64,000 nucleotides of DNA from Setoptus koraiensis (Eukaryota; Animalia; Arthropoda), in assembly GCA_048013815.1 (NCBI GenBank), contig CM106585.1:6696001-6760000 (forward strand), in the 5' to 3' direction. The notes below the pieces were generated by a model. The model was not told the origin of the DNA, made no database searches, and saw only the letters and a program-made list of their open reading frames with translations. Every line of letters begins with the position of its first letter. Within the stretch, counting starts at the first letter, position 1. Below are positions 25,323-37,271 of the stretch, piece after piece. Position numbers and translations under genes: made by a program.

Positions 25323-27202
25323 ATGTTATTAAAACGTCACTTGCGAAATCTTCTCAAGGATCATCTTAAATTGCATTTTAGAACTGCCCATGATCGAATA
25401 TCTCATCCAAGGTATCTAATAGACTTGTTTAAATCTAAGCGAGACGTCAATCATTCAGGCTCAAACTTGAGCTACCAACTTTGCGCACTCACCGCCAACA
25501 AAACCAGTGCCGACACTATATGCTCTTTACTTGACAATATCAAGGGGGAGCTAGGCATAGTTTCCTTGAAGCGTTCAACCGGCATCGACGATATTTATCC
25601 GGAGTCTGTGATCATTGAGTGTTCTTTAGATCAGGCACTGAAAACAGCGTGGAAATCTTTTGGAAATAAGGACAGTTTGCATAGAAATGTCCGAGAAAGT
25701 ATCTGCGATGATCTGGGAGAACAGCCGAACAGAAATGTTGTGATAGATTTCAGTTCACCCAATATTGCTAAACCTTTCCATTTCGGCCACTTAAAATCCA
25801 CTATATTGGGCAACTATTTGGCTAATTTGAACAAATTACTGCAAAACAATGTCACCAAGGTAAACTATTTAGGCGATTGGGGTACACAGTATGGTCTGGT
25901 CAGTTTAGGTTTTGAACGATTTGGTAGTGAAACTGAACTCGAGAGAAATCCTCTCAGACATTTGTTAGATGTTTATGTTCAAGCTAACAAACTAGCCAAG
26001 GAGGATGATCATTTTCACAACTTAGCTCGAGAGAAGTTTGTCCTCATGGACAAATCAGAAGATCGAGATCAATTGAAACAATGGAACAGATTTAGAGATC
26101 TGTCTCTGGAAGAACTCAAAACATCGTACCAGAGTTTGGGCATCGATTTCGATGTTTATGATTCCGAATCAAGTTATAGTATACAAGCTAGAGAGTTAGT
26201 TTCTCAACTTGATGAGCAAGGTTTGCTTACAACGGAGAATAATGGAGCACGGCTAATCAAGATAAAAACCAAAGATCGAGAGTTCCTAACCCCAGTTCTG
26301 AAGTCTGACGGAACAAGTCTTTACCTTACCCGAGACATTGCTGCCGCTATCGATCGTCAGAAGAGATTCAATTTTGATGAGATGCTGTACGTGGTGGGCT
26401 TAGAACAAGAGCATCATATGAATTGCCTTTTCGACTCACTTCGCCAACTCAAACTAGACTGGTATCAACAACTAACCCATGTCGGATTTGGAAAAGTTCT
26501 TGGAATGAGTTCAAGGGCGGGAGAGTTTGTCCTACTTGAGGATATTTTGAAGGAGGTCACACAAAGATATGTCGAGTCGACAAATTCCTTAAAAAGTAAG
26601 TTGATTTTGCAGCAATCCTCACAAGCTCATCCGAAATTATATATACTATAATTTGTTCTAACTATATCACTTCCACTTTCACCCATCTAGCGTCCAAGTT
26701 GATTCATTTTGACGAGATTCAGGAAACAAGTTTTCAACTTGCCTTATCAGCTTTATTTATTTATGATATGCGAAATCCAAGGAGAAGGAGCTATTCTTTC
26801 GATTGGAATACAGTGTTGTTGCCATCACCAAAATCCGGCTTGGCGATACAAGCAGCATTCGCGCGCTTATATAGCTTGCTATCCACCTTTCAAGATATAG
26901 AAAATCAAGTTGCTCACGAGAAATCGATAGAATGTTCTGAAGCTGCCAATCTGCTTGCGTGCCTGAGCAAATTCGACGATGTTTTATTCTACTCGAACCA
27001 GATCAAGGATCCATATCCTCTTATTCACTACGCCTTCGATTTGAGCAATTGCTCAAATAGAGCTCTACAATCTAAGCACCTGAGAGTCCGGGGGCAATCA
27101 AAACAAATCGCATCAACAAGATTGGCTCTATTTACATGTACTGTCAATGTATTAGAAACAATTATCCAATTGGTCGGTCTAAGACCTTTGCCGAGGATAT
27201 AG
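25323..27202 (+). CDS. RARS2: Mitochondrial arginyl-tRNA synthetase, 2 exons (25323-26595, 26691-27202), ~594 aa
   Basis: VVIDFSSPNIAKPFHFGHLKSTILGN (HIGH motif), NYLGDWGTQYG, KSDGTSLYLTRDIAAA, GMSSR (KMSKS-equivalent) and a DALR anticodon domain in exon 2. GTAAGT...TAG intron in frame. Confidence 0.93.
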
Positions 27203-27435
27203 AGCATATTTTGCAAATCCACTCTCGTCTCCAACGTCGTCCTCTGCTTTTCTAACAAATGTGTGTGTCAGAATGGTTTTCATATCAAAACGTTCGACAG
27301 GTTTCTTGCGCAAAGATCGATCAACCAAATCCTTGGGATCATCTGAGTCTAAAAGTCCAATTTCTTGGCGTTGTCGTATTATTTGTTCTAATCTATCATC
27401 ATTATCTTAAGATGTAGGTATATTGATAATTTCAG
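27162..27435 (-). pseudogene. Internally deleted MEK pseudogene (degraded copy of 34241-35235)
   Basis: 27202-27335 aligns with 34281-34418 and 27336-27435 aligns with 35136-35235, so a ~715-bp deletion removed most of the kinase domain. Confidence 0.85.
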
Positions 27436-28807
27436 TGGTAATAATTAGCACACTCTTAGTTTGGGAATACAATCGATTTCACAAGATGGACGATTTCAAC
27501 CGGTCGTGCCCTTTTTATGTGCCTTGCCCTCTTATATTTCACCAACATCTTCGTTCAAGTTCTGTTTCCGAGCTTTTCCTGCAACCAGGTAAACAACTCT
27601 GCAAGCTTCACCCCTGCTTAAAATTTTCAGCCTATTTTTCCAAAATTTCTCATATCATCATTATTTTCGAGGCATGTATTTCTTTTTGAAATCACGACGA
27701 TTTTATTCATACTACTAAATTTAAACAAGTGAATCGAAAGCTAATACCTGCATTGGTCTAGCGGCGCCTATTGGATCTTAAAAATGGACACGCGATCATG
27801 GGAACTTGCCGCAATTTGCAAACGAAATCTGAGACGTCAATAATATTATTTCACACAATTCCTCTGACCCATGATCATTTTCCCACAATCAGTATGCTGA
27901 GCACATTAGCACTCTTGTTTCTCTACTTCATTTTTGATTTTCCCAAACATCCTTTCCTCTTTTTAGCTGTTTGTTTGGCTCACGACTGTAGTCTATATAT
28001 TCATGCAGTTTGCACAAGCTAACTTTAATTTAGGAGATCAGATCATTATTGTCGAGGCGAATATTATTCACAAGATGTAAAAACACTGCGGTCAACCGAT
28101 GCGAGATCAAGCGACTACGAAACGCAGCATCTATCAAAATCAGAGACTATCCCCACAGACACAGAAGAACCAAGATAGAGAGTTTTCGTTGTCACTTTCT
28201 CCATTTGCAATTAATGGCCCAGATATCAACCACCAGTGATTGCAGAGCAGTCGATGATTCGACATGCTCCTAAGTTAGCGATTCTAATGGTAGTTCAATT
28301 TGGCGGAATATGGATCCACTTATTGAATGGTTGCTATGGGGTATGTGGGAGAGAGATGATTTAACAGAGTTTTTGTTAATCTTGCTTGGTACATAGAAAG
28401 TGCGAAACTTAATCCCATGGCTGTATAATAGTTGATATCCCCATTAGCACGAGAGATCACTATACTTTAGTGACAACTCTGAGCGATTGCCTAGGTTATC
28501 GCTGGCAAAGTTTCAGTTAGAGTAGAATGTCAATGCGTCACCAGTTTGGAAATATAAGTTAATATTGCCACACAATTCTGTGTCCATCACGAACATGACA
28601 CAACGGATTTATACGAGCATGTAAGGTGTTTATAGATATAAGGACGAGTTCGTAATTGTCATTTCGTCTTGAAACGAAGAAACGACAACACCGAATCTGA
28701 GTTATTTGTTGCAGTTTATAGATCATTAACGGCAACAGAAAATGATAAATCTTCAACTAGGATCCCTTAGAACTTGAAAAGCTACAGAGCCTCACTTACA
28801 CATCTCC

Positions 28808-31800
28808 ATGGAAAGAAGTATCGTCAAATCGTTGGCTGCATTATTATGTGCAATCAAATTGTTAGATACCATCAAGTATACGTATTGTTTCGACCCATCA
28901 GATTATTTCGGTGAGACATGTTTCCCAATATTAGCATGCGTTCAGTTGACATGCCTTCTCTTGTTGATAGTCACTTATTACTTTGGGAGAAGACGTGGCC
29001 GCATCAATCTCAGCAAGTCAGTATGCTTTTTTCTATTCGCATCAATTGTTTGCGGACTGCCAGATTTCTATGGGACGATTTTTGCTATCGATGAAACGTT
29101 GAATGATAGCACTTGTACATATACCAAGAAAATGCTGACAATTTCCTATTATCCAATTGTTCTGGCACTATTAGCGCTCGATTGCGCAGGACATAACAGA
29201 GGTAGGCAAAAATTTTATCCGCCATTGTCATCATCAAAGGAGCTGCAAGAGTGTCCAGAGCTGAGCGCGAATTTCTTCTCGCGAATAACATATTTTTGGT
29301 TCACCTCGTTCATCATCAATGGATATCGGAGGCCAATAACTGAGTTGGATCTATGGAGAGTACGAGAGAAACACAAGGCCCAAGTGATGGCTGGCGAATT
29401 CGAACAGATTTGGACCGCGAGAGAACGCGGCAAAAAAACTTATCTCTCTAGCGACGGTAGCACGAACTACCAAAATCATTTGACGCTCGTTATGTTCAAA
29501 ATGTTTCGGTGGCAACTCACAACTTGTTGCATCCTTAGATTGTTAGTTGATAATATGGGCTTTGCAACGCCACTGATTTTGAAACAACTGCTAAATTATT
29601 TGGACGACACTACCGACTATAACCAGTGGTATGGATTCTTGTTTGCAATTGGATTTTTCGTCATACCGACGGTGCAATCATTAATTCAGTGCAACTATAT
29701 CCACAGAGTACAATCAGCGAGCCTGCTTATCAGATCTATCATCATGAGCGCCGTGTACAGGAAGTCGCTTGTCTTGGGAAATAGCTGCAAACAAGCTACA
29801 ACAACAGGTGAAATAGTCAATTTGATGGCCGTAGATTCGCAACGCATCATGGATTCCATACTGAATATCACTCAGCTGGTATCGTTTCCGCTACAAATTG
29901 TGGTTGCGATAGTGTTATTGTATCGGGAATTGAGCTGGGCAGTTTTTGGTGGCGTTGGCTGTATGTTATTGGTGCTACCATGCAATATTTATGTGAGCAA
30001 ACAAATGAAAAGAACCCAGAATTTTCTGATGAAAATCAAAGATGAGCGCATAAAACGAATAAATGAATTCTTGATTGGTATCAAAGTCATAAAACTGTCT
30101 GCTTGGGAAAAATCAATCATGGACACAGTCATTGGGTATCGTCTAAAAGAGCTGGCATATCTCAGCCGAATATTAATCTGGGAGGCTGTTACAAACTTCG
30201 TTTGGAACTGTAGCCCATTTCTGGTTGCGATTGGCTCGTTTGGATTATATGTGTTCAGTGGTGGTGAGTCTGGTCATGTGCTAACCGCTGAGAAGGCCTT
30301 TGTATCAATATCGTTGTTTAATTTGCTGAGACTGCCACTGACGAACTTGCCCGAGACAATAACCAATCTCATTACGGCATCAGTATCGGTTGATCGTCTG
30401 AGCAAATTTCTCAACAGCAACGAATTGGTGACGTATGTCACCCGCGAAGAAAGTAATTATGCAATCCAAATAGAGAATGCCAGCACTTCTTGGACGGATT
30501 GCGTAGTGGAAAAAAAAATAGGCCTGCAGCCAGTATTGAAAGATATCAACTTGCGCGTACCCAAGGGATCTTTTGTTGCCATTGTCGGGCAGGTCGCAAG
30601 CGGTAAAAGTTCGCTTCTCTGCTCAATTTTGGGCGAAATGCACCCGATAAGAGGAAAGTTCAGCATTTGTAAATCCCTCACTTTGGCCTACGTTCCCCAG
30701 CAATCGTGGATTCAAAATATGACCGTGAGAGATAATATTTTGTTCGGTGCGCAGTACAACGAAACAAAATATAAGAGCGTTATTTCGGCTTGCTGTTTAG
30801 AGGCCGACATTATGTCGTTGTCCCATGGCGATATGACAGAAATCGGCGACAAAGGCACCAATTTATCTGGTGGCCAAAAGCAACGGATTAGTCTGGCTAG
30901 AGCCTGTTATTCTGATGCCGATATTTATCTGCTGGATGATCCCCTGAGCGCTGTTGATTCTCAAGTGGCACGATACCTGTATGACAATGTTCTGAGTTCG
31001 GTGAGTGGCTTGCTGAGAGACAAAACTAGAATTGTGGCCACCAACAACCTGTTTATGTTGCCTCATACCGATCAAATTGAGGTACTCAAAGATGGCAAAA
31101 TCATCCAATCGGGAAACTATAGGAAGCTGATGGAAACAACAGACGGTGATGGATATTTCAGTGAATTAATGAGGCTACATTCAGAGGGGACGAACGATGA
31201 ACACTCAGAACAAGGGCCCGATGATGGCAAGAATCAAACACCAAACATCAAACATCAAAAACAGGCTCCCACTGGCCAGCAAAAACCAACTAAAACATCC
31301 AATGAACTAAAGTTTTACCGTGAGAATGGCGCGAAAAAGTTGGGCCAACTTACTCAATTGGAGACCTTCGAAACAGGAGGGGTTGAGTTTAGGATCTATT
31401 GCAAGTACTTCAAGGCAGCTTCATCTCTCTGGACATCGATCGTTTTAATCTCGTTTGCAATCTCGTCTACTTTCTCCATTGCGAGCAACTTCTGGCTGTC
31501 TCTATGGACATCTGACTCAAATGATCCTTCCACGGCCAACGATTCTGACCTTAGAACAACACGAATAACAATTTACGGATTATTGGGAGCCTTTCAATGC
31601 CTCTTCGTTTTATCAGGCTCGCTTGCCCTAGTCTTGGGCGCAATACGAGCAGCAACAAGTTTTCACAACAACCTCCTGGATAGAGTTATGCATTCTCCGA
31701 TGGAGTTTTTCGACACAACTCCTGTCGGAAGAATTGTAAATCGATTCGCAAAAGACATCGACGTGCTTGATTCAACGTTACCAACCGCCTTAAGAAGAAC

Positions 31801-33142
31801 TTTGAATTTTTTTCTTCAAGTAATAAGCACAATAATGGTAATATGTATATCATTTCCATCATTTTTACTCTTGGTAATTCCTTTAACAGTTGTCTATTTT
31901 CTCGTGCAAAATGTATTCGGAGTCACAACGAGACAATTGAAACGTATGGAGAGCATAAGCAGGTCGCCCATTTATTCGAATTTTGGCGAAACGTTGACCG
32001 GATCAAGTGTTATAAAAGCCTTCGGTAGTCAGGATAGATTCGTTGAGCAAAATAATAACCTGGTGAACAAAAACCAGTCATGCTTTTATCCATTTATCAT
32101 AGCAAGTCGTTGGCTGACCGTCATGGTGGATTTGTTTGGTAATATTGTCACGACAGCGGCAGTCGTGTATTCCGTTTACAATCGAGGCTCGGTGAGTGCC
32201 GGAGTTGCTGGATTCACCATATCATATGCAATGGCAACAACTGTGGTCTTGGGTTGGTGTATCAGACAGCTTACAGAGCTAGAGACGAATATTGTCAGTG
32301 TCGAGCGTCTAATGGAATACATGAACAACAAACTTGAAGATCTATGGTACAAAAGCGAGCCAAAGGCACCCATTGATTGGCCGACGACTGGGCACATACA
32401 ATTCAAACATTACACTACCCGCTATAGAGAGCATACTGATGTCGTCCTAGATGATCTTAGTTTTTCCATTCGACCCTCTGAAAAAGTTGCCATTGTCGGC
32501 AGGACAGGCTCAGGCAAATCAAGTCTTTCGCTGGCGTTATTTCGCATACTAGAGGCCTCACCATCGACCAATGGACATGTCGGACAGATACTTATCGACG
32601 ACGTCGATATAGCTCGGCTTGGCTTGCACAATCTCAGGTCCAGATTAACTATTATTCCTCAAGATCCTGTACTGTTTTCGGGCACACTCAGATTCAATTT
32701 GGATCCACTTCAACTGTACACAGATGAGCAGATATATCGATCACTCGAGTTGGCTCATCTTCGAAAGCATGTTGTCGATTTTAAAGACGGACTTGACCAT
32801 AGAGTTAGCGAGTATGGCGAAAACTTCAGTGTCGGTCAAAAACAATTGATTTGCCTTGCCAGAGCAATACTGCGGGAGTGCCGTATTCTCGTCTTGGACG
32901 AGGCTACTGCTGCCGTGGATATAGAGACGGATTCGTTGATACAACAGACTATACGGAAGCAGTTCAATGATTGCACCGTCATAACGATTGCTCATCGCTT
33001 GAATACAATATTAGATTCTGACAGAGTGATGGTTTTGAATGGTGGAAAAATGGAAGAATTTGAAAATCCCCAAATATTAATGCAGAACAGAGACTCACTT
33101 TTCCACAAAATGGTAGAAGCAGCCAGTTTAAAGATGGATTAG
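28808..33142 (+). CDS. ABC transporter subfamily C (MRP1-like), intronless, 1444 aa
   Basis: TMD0-like N-terminus, L0 motif (CPELSANFFSRITYFWF), NBD1 GQVASGKSS / LSGGQKQRISLARA / LLDDPLSAVD, NBD2 GRTGSGKSS / FSVGQKQLICLARA / LDEATAAVD. The first TMD0 helix appears absent or lies on an upstream exon. Confidence 0.95.
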   Translation: MERSIVKSLAALLCAIKLLDTIKYTYCFDPSDYFGETCFPILACVQLTCLLLLIVTYYFGRRRGRINLSKSVCFFLFASIVCGLPDFYGTIFAIDETLNDSTCTYTKKMLTISYYPIVLALLALDCAGHNRGRQKFYPPLSSSKELQECPELSANFFSRITYFWFTSFIINGYRRPITELDLWRVREKHKAQVMAGEFEQIWTARERGKKTYLSSDGSTNYQNHLTLVMFKMFRWQLTTCCILRLLVDNMGFATPLILKQLLNYLDDTTDYNQWYGFLFAIGFFVIPTVQSLIQCNYIHRVQSASLLIRSIIMSAVYRKSLVLGNSCKQATTTGEIVNLMAVDSQRIMDSILNITQLVSFPLQIVVAIVLLYRELSWAVFGGVGCMLLVLPCNIYVSKQMKRTQNFLMKIKDERIKRINEFLIGIKVIKLSAWEKSIMDTVIGYRLKELAYLSRILIWEAVTNFVWNCSPFLVAIGSFGLYVFSGGESGHVLTAEKAFVSISLFNLLRLPLTNLPETITNLITASVSVDRLSKFLNSNELVTYVTREESNYAIQIENASTSWTDCVVEKKIGLQPVLKDINLRVPKGSFVAIVGQVASGKSSLLCSILGEMHPIRGKFSICKSLTLAYVPQQSWIQNMTVRDNILFGAQYNETKYKSVISACCLEADIMSLSHGDMTEIGDKGTNLSGGQKQRISLARACYSDADIYLLDDPLSAVDSQVARYLYDNVLSSVSGLLRDKTRIVATNNLFMLPHTDQIEVLKDGKIIQSGNYRKLMETTDGDGYFSELMRLHSEGTNDEHSEQGPDDGKNQTPNIKHQKQAPTGQQKPTKTSNELKFYRENGAKKLGQLTQLETFETGGVEFRIYCKYFKAASSLWTSIVLISFAISSTFSIASNFWLSLWTSDSNDPSTANDSDLRTTRITIYGLLGAFQCLFVLSGSLALVLGAIRAATSFHNNLLDRVMHSPMEFFDTTPVGRIVNRFAKDIDVLDSTLPTALRRTLNFFLQVISTIMVICISFPSFLLLVIPLTVVYFLVQNVFGVTTRQLKRMESISRSPIYSNFGETLTGSSVIKAFGSQDRFVEQNNNLVNKNQSCFYPFIIASRWLTVMVDLFGNIVTTAAVVYSVYNRGSVSAGVAGFTISYAMATTVVLGWCIRQLTELETNIVSVERLMEYMNNKLEDLWYKSEPKAPIDWPTTGHIQFKHYTTRYREHTDVVLDDLSFSIRPSEKVAIVGRTGSGKSSLSLALFRILEASPSTNGHVGQILIDDVDIARLGLHNLRSRLTIIPQDPVLFSGTLRFNLDPLQLYTDEQIYRSLELAHLRKHVVDFKDGLDHRVSEYGENFSVGQKQLICLARAILRECRILVLDEATAAVDIETDSLIQQTIRKQFNDCTVITIAHRLNTILDSDRVMVLNGGKMEEFENPQILMQNRDSLFHKMVEAASLKMD

Positions 33143-33790
33143 ACAATGTTTCACATTTTACTTTTTATCGTTCTTCAATTGAATTCCATTGTTCCGTTAC
33201 GGTAACAACATTGACCATTGCTGATGAGCTCGAAAACTCAATCCATATTTCATGGTACTTTATCGGCCAATAAAAAGAGGAAAGCCAAATCCATATTCAG
33301 AGCTTGTCTCTACGAATGTCAAGATTTTTACCTGTCTGGCTTATTTCCGAGCAACGAAAGAGCTTTCGAAGCGAGCTTGGCTCTTCCTCCACATCATCTT
33401 TTCATCGTTCCACTTGTTTGAAGTTCGTGCCGAGATTGTTCTCGATACTTCGGATCAGCTAGTGGATAGATAATATATGAACAGATTTTTGGGATTTATT
33501 GCGTCCAAGTATTTGTGCCATAAATTCATCGCTGTTTTCCTTTTCTTCTCGTCGATGGCGGGTCTTCGCTCATCATCTTTTCCATTCATCCCATTTCCTA
33601 CTTTGCATTCAAGGCATTGCCTCCAAGAAAAGAACCCCTGATACTTTCATGGACGCAAATTATCTGCAGTAAATTGGGAATTAAGACAGACCCACCATTC
33701 CTAGGGCATGGCGATGGCCCAGCACCATCTTCACCTAACGGTATTATCAAGCAAATAGTTAATTTTGCTAAGACAACCTCTTCAAATCAT

Positions 33791-34281
33791 ATATACTATA
33801 ATTTGTTCTAACGATATCACTTCCGCTTTCACCCTTCTAGTGACCAAGTTGATTCATTTCGACGAGATTCAGAGAACAAGTTTTCAGCTTGCCTTAGTAG
33901 CTTTATTTATTTATGATATGCGAAATCCGAGGAGAAGGAGCTATTCTTTTGATTGGAATACGGTATTGCCATCGCCAAAATCCGGCTTGGCGATACAAGC
34001 AGCATTTGCTCGCTCATACAATCTGCTTGCATGCCTGAGCAAATTCGACGACGTTTTATTCTACTCGAACCAGATCAAGGATCCATCCCCTCTTATTCAC
34101 TACGCCTTCGATTTAAGCGATTGCTCAAATGAAGCTTTACAATCTAACAAGTAAGCACCTGAGAGTCCGGGGGCAATCAAAACAAATCGCATCAACAAGA
34201 TTGGCTCTATTTACATGTTTTGTCAATGTATTAGAAACAATTATCCAATTGGTTGGTCGAAGCCCTTTGCCGAGGATATAG
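33791..34281 (+). pseudogene. RARS2 3' fragment pseudogene (intron end plus last exon)
   Basis: Aligns with 26641-27202 (offset ~7.15 kb at its 5' end). It has a ~75-bp deletion and a 7-bp insertion (ACAAGTA at ~34147) that gives a frameshift/stop, and exon 1 is missing. Confidence 0.88.
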
Positions 34282-35260
34282 AGCATATTTTGCAAATCCA
34301 CTCTCTCACGTCTACAACGTCCTCCTCTGCTCTTCTAACGAATGGATGTGTCATAATGGTTTTCATATCAAAACGTTCGACAGGTTTCTTGCGCAAAGAT
34401 CGATCAACTAAATCCTTGAACTCTGGGCTAAAATATTCCTTTGGGACAGTAGGTGGTTGTTGGTTGACTATATATTCCAAAAGATCAAAGTGAGCCAACC
34501 TGGGCGGAGGCTGATCACCGATCATCATAGCATATGGGTTTGCTTGAGGTATGGGATATTTACCGAGTGCCAATTCGACCAAAGAAAGTCCCAGACTCCA
34601 AATGTCGGATTGAACTGTGTATGGTTGACCTAGCAGTCTTTCTGGTGACATGTAGGATCTTGTGCCAACAAAAGTGGTGGCTATAGAATTAATAAGTTGA
34701 ACACTGACACCAAAGTCGCATATCTTAATTTCACCGTCTGAATTCACTAAAATATTTGAGGGTTTTATATCTCTATGCATAATATTGTGATTCCTCCTTA
34801 AATAGCTCAATCCTTTTAAAACTGCAATGGTTACCTTACCCAAAATGCGCTCCTCTATGCGTCCAGCACGTTTGAGGACTTGATCCAAGGATCCACCGTT
34901 CATGTACTCCATGTAAAGATTGATTTCTCCATTTATATGACACGCGCCATAGTATTCAACTATGTAAGGTGATTTGCATCTGTTTAGAATTTCTAATTCT
35001 TGCAAGATGTTGCTCCTCGTAGATGCCTTGACTTCAAGCCTAATCATCTTTCTAGCCATAATAGTACCTGTTTTTTTGTGCCTGACCTTACAAACAACAC
35101 CACCGTTGCCAGCCCCAAGATCGCCCATATCGATGAAATCATCTGGGTCTAGAGGTCCAATTTCTTGGCGCTGTTGTATTATTTGTTCTAATCTATCATC
35201 ATTGTCTTCAGATGGTGGTTTATTGATAATTTCAAGAGGCTTAGGTTTGTTGCGTTTCAT
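34241..35260 (-). CDS. MAP2K1: Dual-specificity MAP kinase kinase MEK1/2 (Dsor1-like), intronless; an alternative upstream ATG lies at 35419
   Basis: D-domain-like [93 protein letters not shown]. Confidence 0.9.
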   Translation of the reverse strand: MKRNKPKPLEIINKPPSEDNDDRLEQIIQQRQEIGPLDPDDFIDMGDLGAGNGGVVCKVRHKKTGTIMARKMIRLEVKASTRSNILQELEILNRCKSPYIVEYYGACHINGEINLYMEYMNGGSLDQVLKRAGRIEERILGKVTIAVLKGLSYLRRNHNIMHRDIKPSNILVNSDGEIKICDFGVSVQLINSIATTFVGTRSYMSPERLLGQPYTVQSDIWSLGLSLVELALGKYPIPQANPYAMMIGDQPPPRLAHFDLLEYIVNQQPPTVPKEYFSPEFKDLVDRSLRKKPVERFDMKTIMTHPFVRRAEEDVVDVREWICKICSISSAKGFDQPIG

Positions 35261-35906
35261 AATTGATTTTGAAGGAAATAGCTCCTGTAAGAAATTTCTT
35301 CTTGGAGATTCAGGTGGAAAGTTGAATTTCTCAAAACAGTCACTGATTATAGTAATAATTGCTGAATCGCGAATTCCTGGAATGCGAAAATTTTGCGGGA
35401 TATTTAAATGTTTTGACATAAAACACGTACAACTGCACGTACGAATCACACGCCCAATCAAATCAGGTGTCCATTTTGGCGGTGAATAAAAATACTACCA
35501 GTGATACAGATTTTAAACTATGGGCCGTTTTCGTTTGGTTAAAAATTTTCGCATTTGCGGCCTTTGTACTAGTTTCTAATAATAGTAAATTTGAATAGTA
35601 ATGATTCCTCACTATAATAGCTCAGCTGGAGTCCCTAAAACGCCTGGCCATTGCAGTTTCGAATTCAGAATTCCTAATTCAGAATTCCGAATTTTGAATT
35701 CTTACCAGTTTGAATTGAGCGCCATTTGATATCTCCACAACAATTGCGACTTAAACTGTACTTTTTTCTTGTTTTGATATCATCTTGATTATCTTTCTTA
35801 GATGTCAGCATATTTTTGCTTGCCATCATAACAGGTTCACCATCGTCTCAAACTACCAAAACCAGCATCTATCAGAGAAAAAAACCCATTTTAATAAATA
35901 AACAAA

Positions 35907-36845
35907 ATGTTCAGTTCATTATTGGGCATATTTGCCAAGCGCAGTCCAAAACTCTTGGAAGATCCTGACACCAAATACGAGGTCAAACTTATCGAGAAGG
36001 AGGTAAGTTTAATATCTATCGGCGATCATTTTTATCTTTCAGCAGCATGATTCAATTTAATAATGTAAAATTGCTTCCTTCTACATTGCTAGGAACTCAC
36101 ACACGATTCGAGACGTTTCCGATTCGAGCTCCCGTCCAAAGATCACGTACTTGGACTTCCAATCGGTCAGCATGTGTACCTCAGTGCAAAAGTTAACGAC
36201 CAATTAGTTATAAGACCATACACTCCTGTGTCGAGCGACGACGACAAAGGTTTCTTTGAGTTAGTTGTAAAGATCTATTTCAAAGGCGTGCATCCAAGAT
36301 TTCCCGATGGTGGAAAGTTGTCGCAGCATCTCGAGAGCTTAAACATTGGTGATACTATTCAAGTAAGAGGCCCCAGTGGTCTGCTAGAGTACAATGGCAA
36401 AGGTAATTTCAATATCAAACCTGACAAGAAGAGTCAGCCGGTGAAAAAGTCGTTCAAAAAATTGGGTTTGATTGCGGGTGGAACAGGTATTGCACCAATG
36501 TTGCAAGTTGTACGAGAAGTACTCAAGAAGAACGACCAGGATAAGACACAGATATCCCTTTTATTCGCTAATCAGTCCGAGGATGACATACTTCTTCGCA
36601 AGGAATTAGACGAATTGGCTAGCAAGTATCCCGATCAATTCAAAGTATGGTACACGGTAGATCGACCTACAGACAACTGGCAATATAGCAAGGGCTTTGT
36701 AAGTGCTGAGATGATCAAAGAACATCTGCCTGCTCCCAATGAGGACACTTTGATTTTATTGTGTGGTCCACCACCCATGGTTAAATTTGTTCACACTCAT
36801 CTTGACGCTTTGGAGTATCCAAAGGAGAACAGATTCAATTATTAA
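35907..36845 (+). CDS. CYB5R3: NADH-cytochrome b5 reductase, 2 exons (35907-36002, 36093-36845), ~282 aa
   Basis: [24 protein letters not shown] (RxYT), [35 protein letters not shown] intron in frame. Confidence 0.93.
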
Positions 36846-36884
36846 GCTAAAGTCCGCGTGGCTCATTATTCCAATAAATATTTG

Positions 36885-37271
36885 TTATTGCTGTATTATG
36901 TCTACAGTATAGAGGGTCTCCGCATCTATCATCTCTGGTTTTCTAAACCAAAGCATGTCCTCTTCTTCGTCATCGCTTATCCCCATTCCAGAAACTAATT
37001 GTCTCCTGCCTAACATCTTGTTTCTGTAAGCCTGCCTTTCAATTTTTCGTAACATATTTTGTGGAGGTGGCTGCTTGAAATTGAGCAATTTCTCCAAATG
37101 ATTCAAAGTCCATTTGTGGTTTGCGTAAAACATAAGGCCCATCACAGCAAACGCCGCTGCACTAAATCTGACAAATGATTTGAAGGTTCTTAGATTTTCA
37201 AAAACAGAGTGATATTTGGGCGATGGAGGAAAGGCTCCCTGAGCCAGAGGTGGCTTTTGTCGTCCTTCCAT
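36885..37271 (-). CDS. Hypothetical 128-aa single-pass membrane protein
   Basis: ATG-initiated ORF filling the gap next to CYB5R (convergent), one hydrophobic helix (FSAAAFAVMGLMFYA), coding-like composition; no family recognised. Confidence 0.55.
   Translation of the reverse strand: MEGRQKPPLAQGAFPPSPKYHSVFENLRTFKSFVRFSAAAFAVMGLMFYANHKWTLNHLEKLLNFKQPPPQNMLRKIERQAYRNKMLGRRQLVSGMGISDDEEEDMLWFRKPEMIDAETLYTVDIIQQ

Noticed and set aside
27440-27700. Possible second kinase remnant (NNDDMRNFGKIG) on the minus strand
   Set aside because: Multiple stops and no HRD/DFG motifs; indistinguishable from chance.
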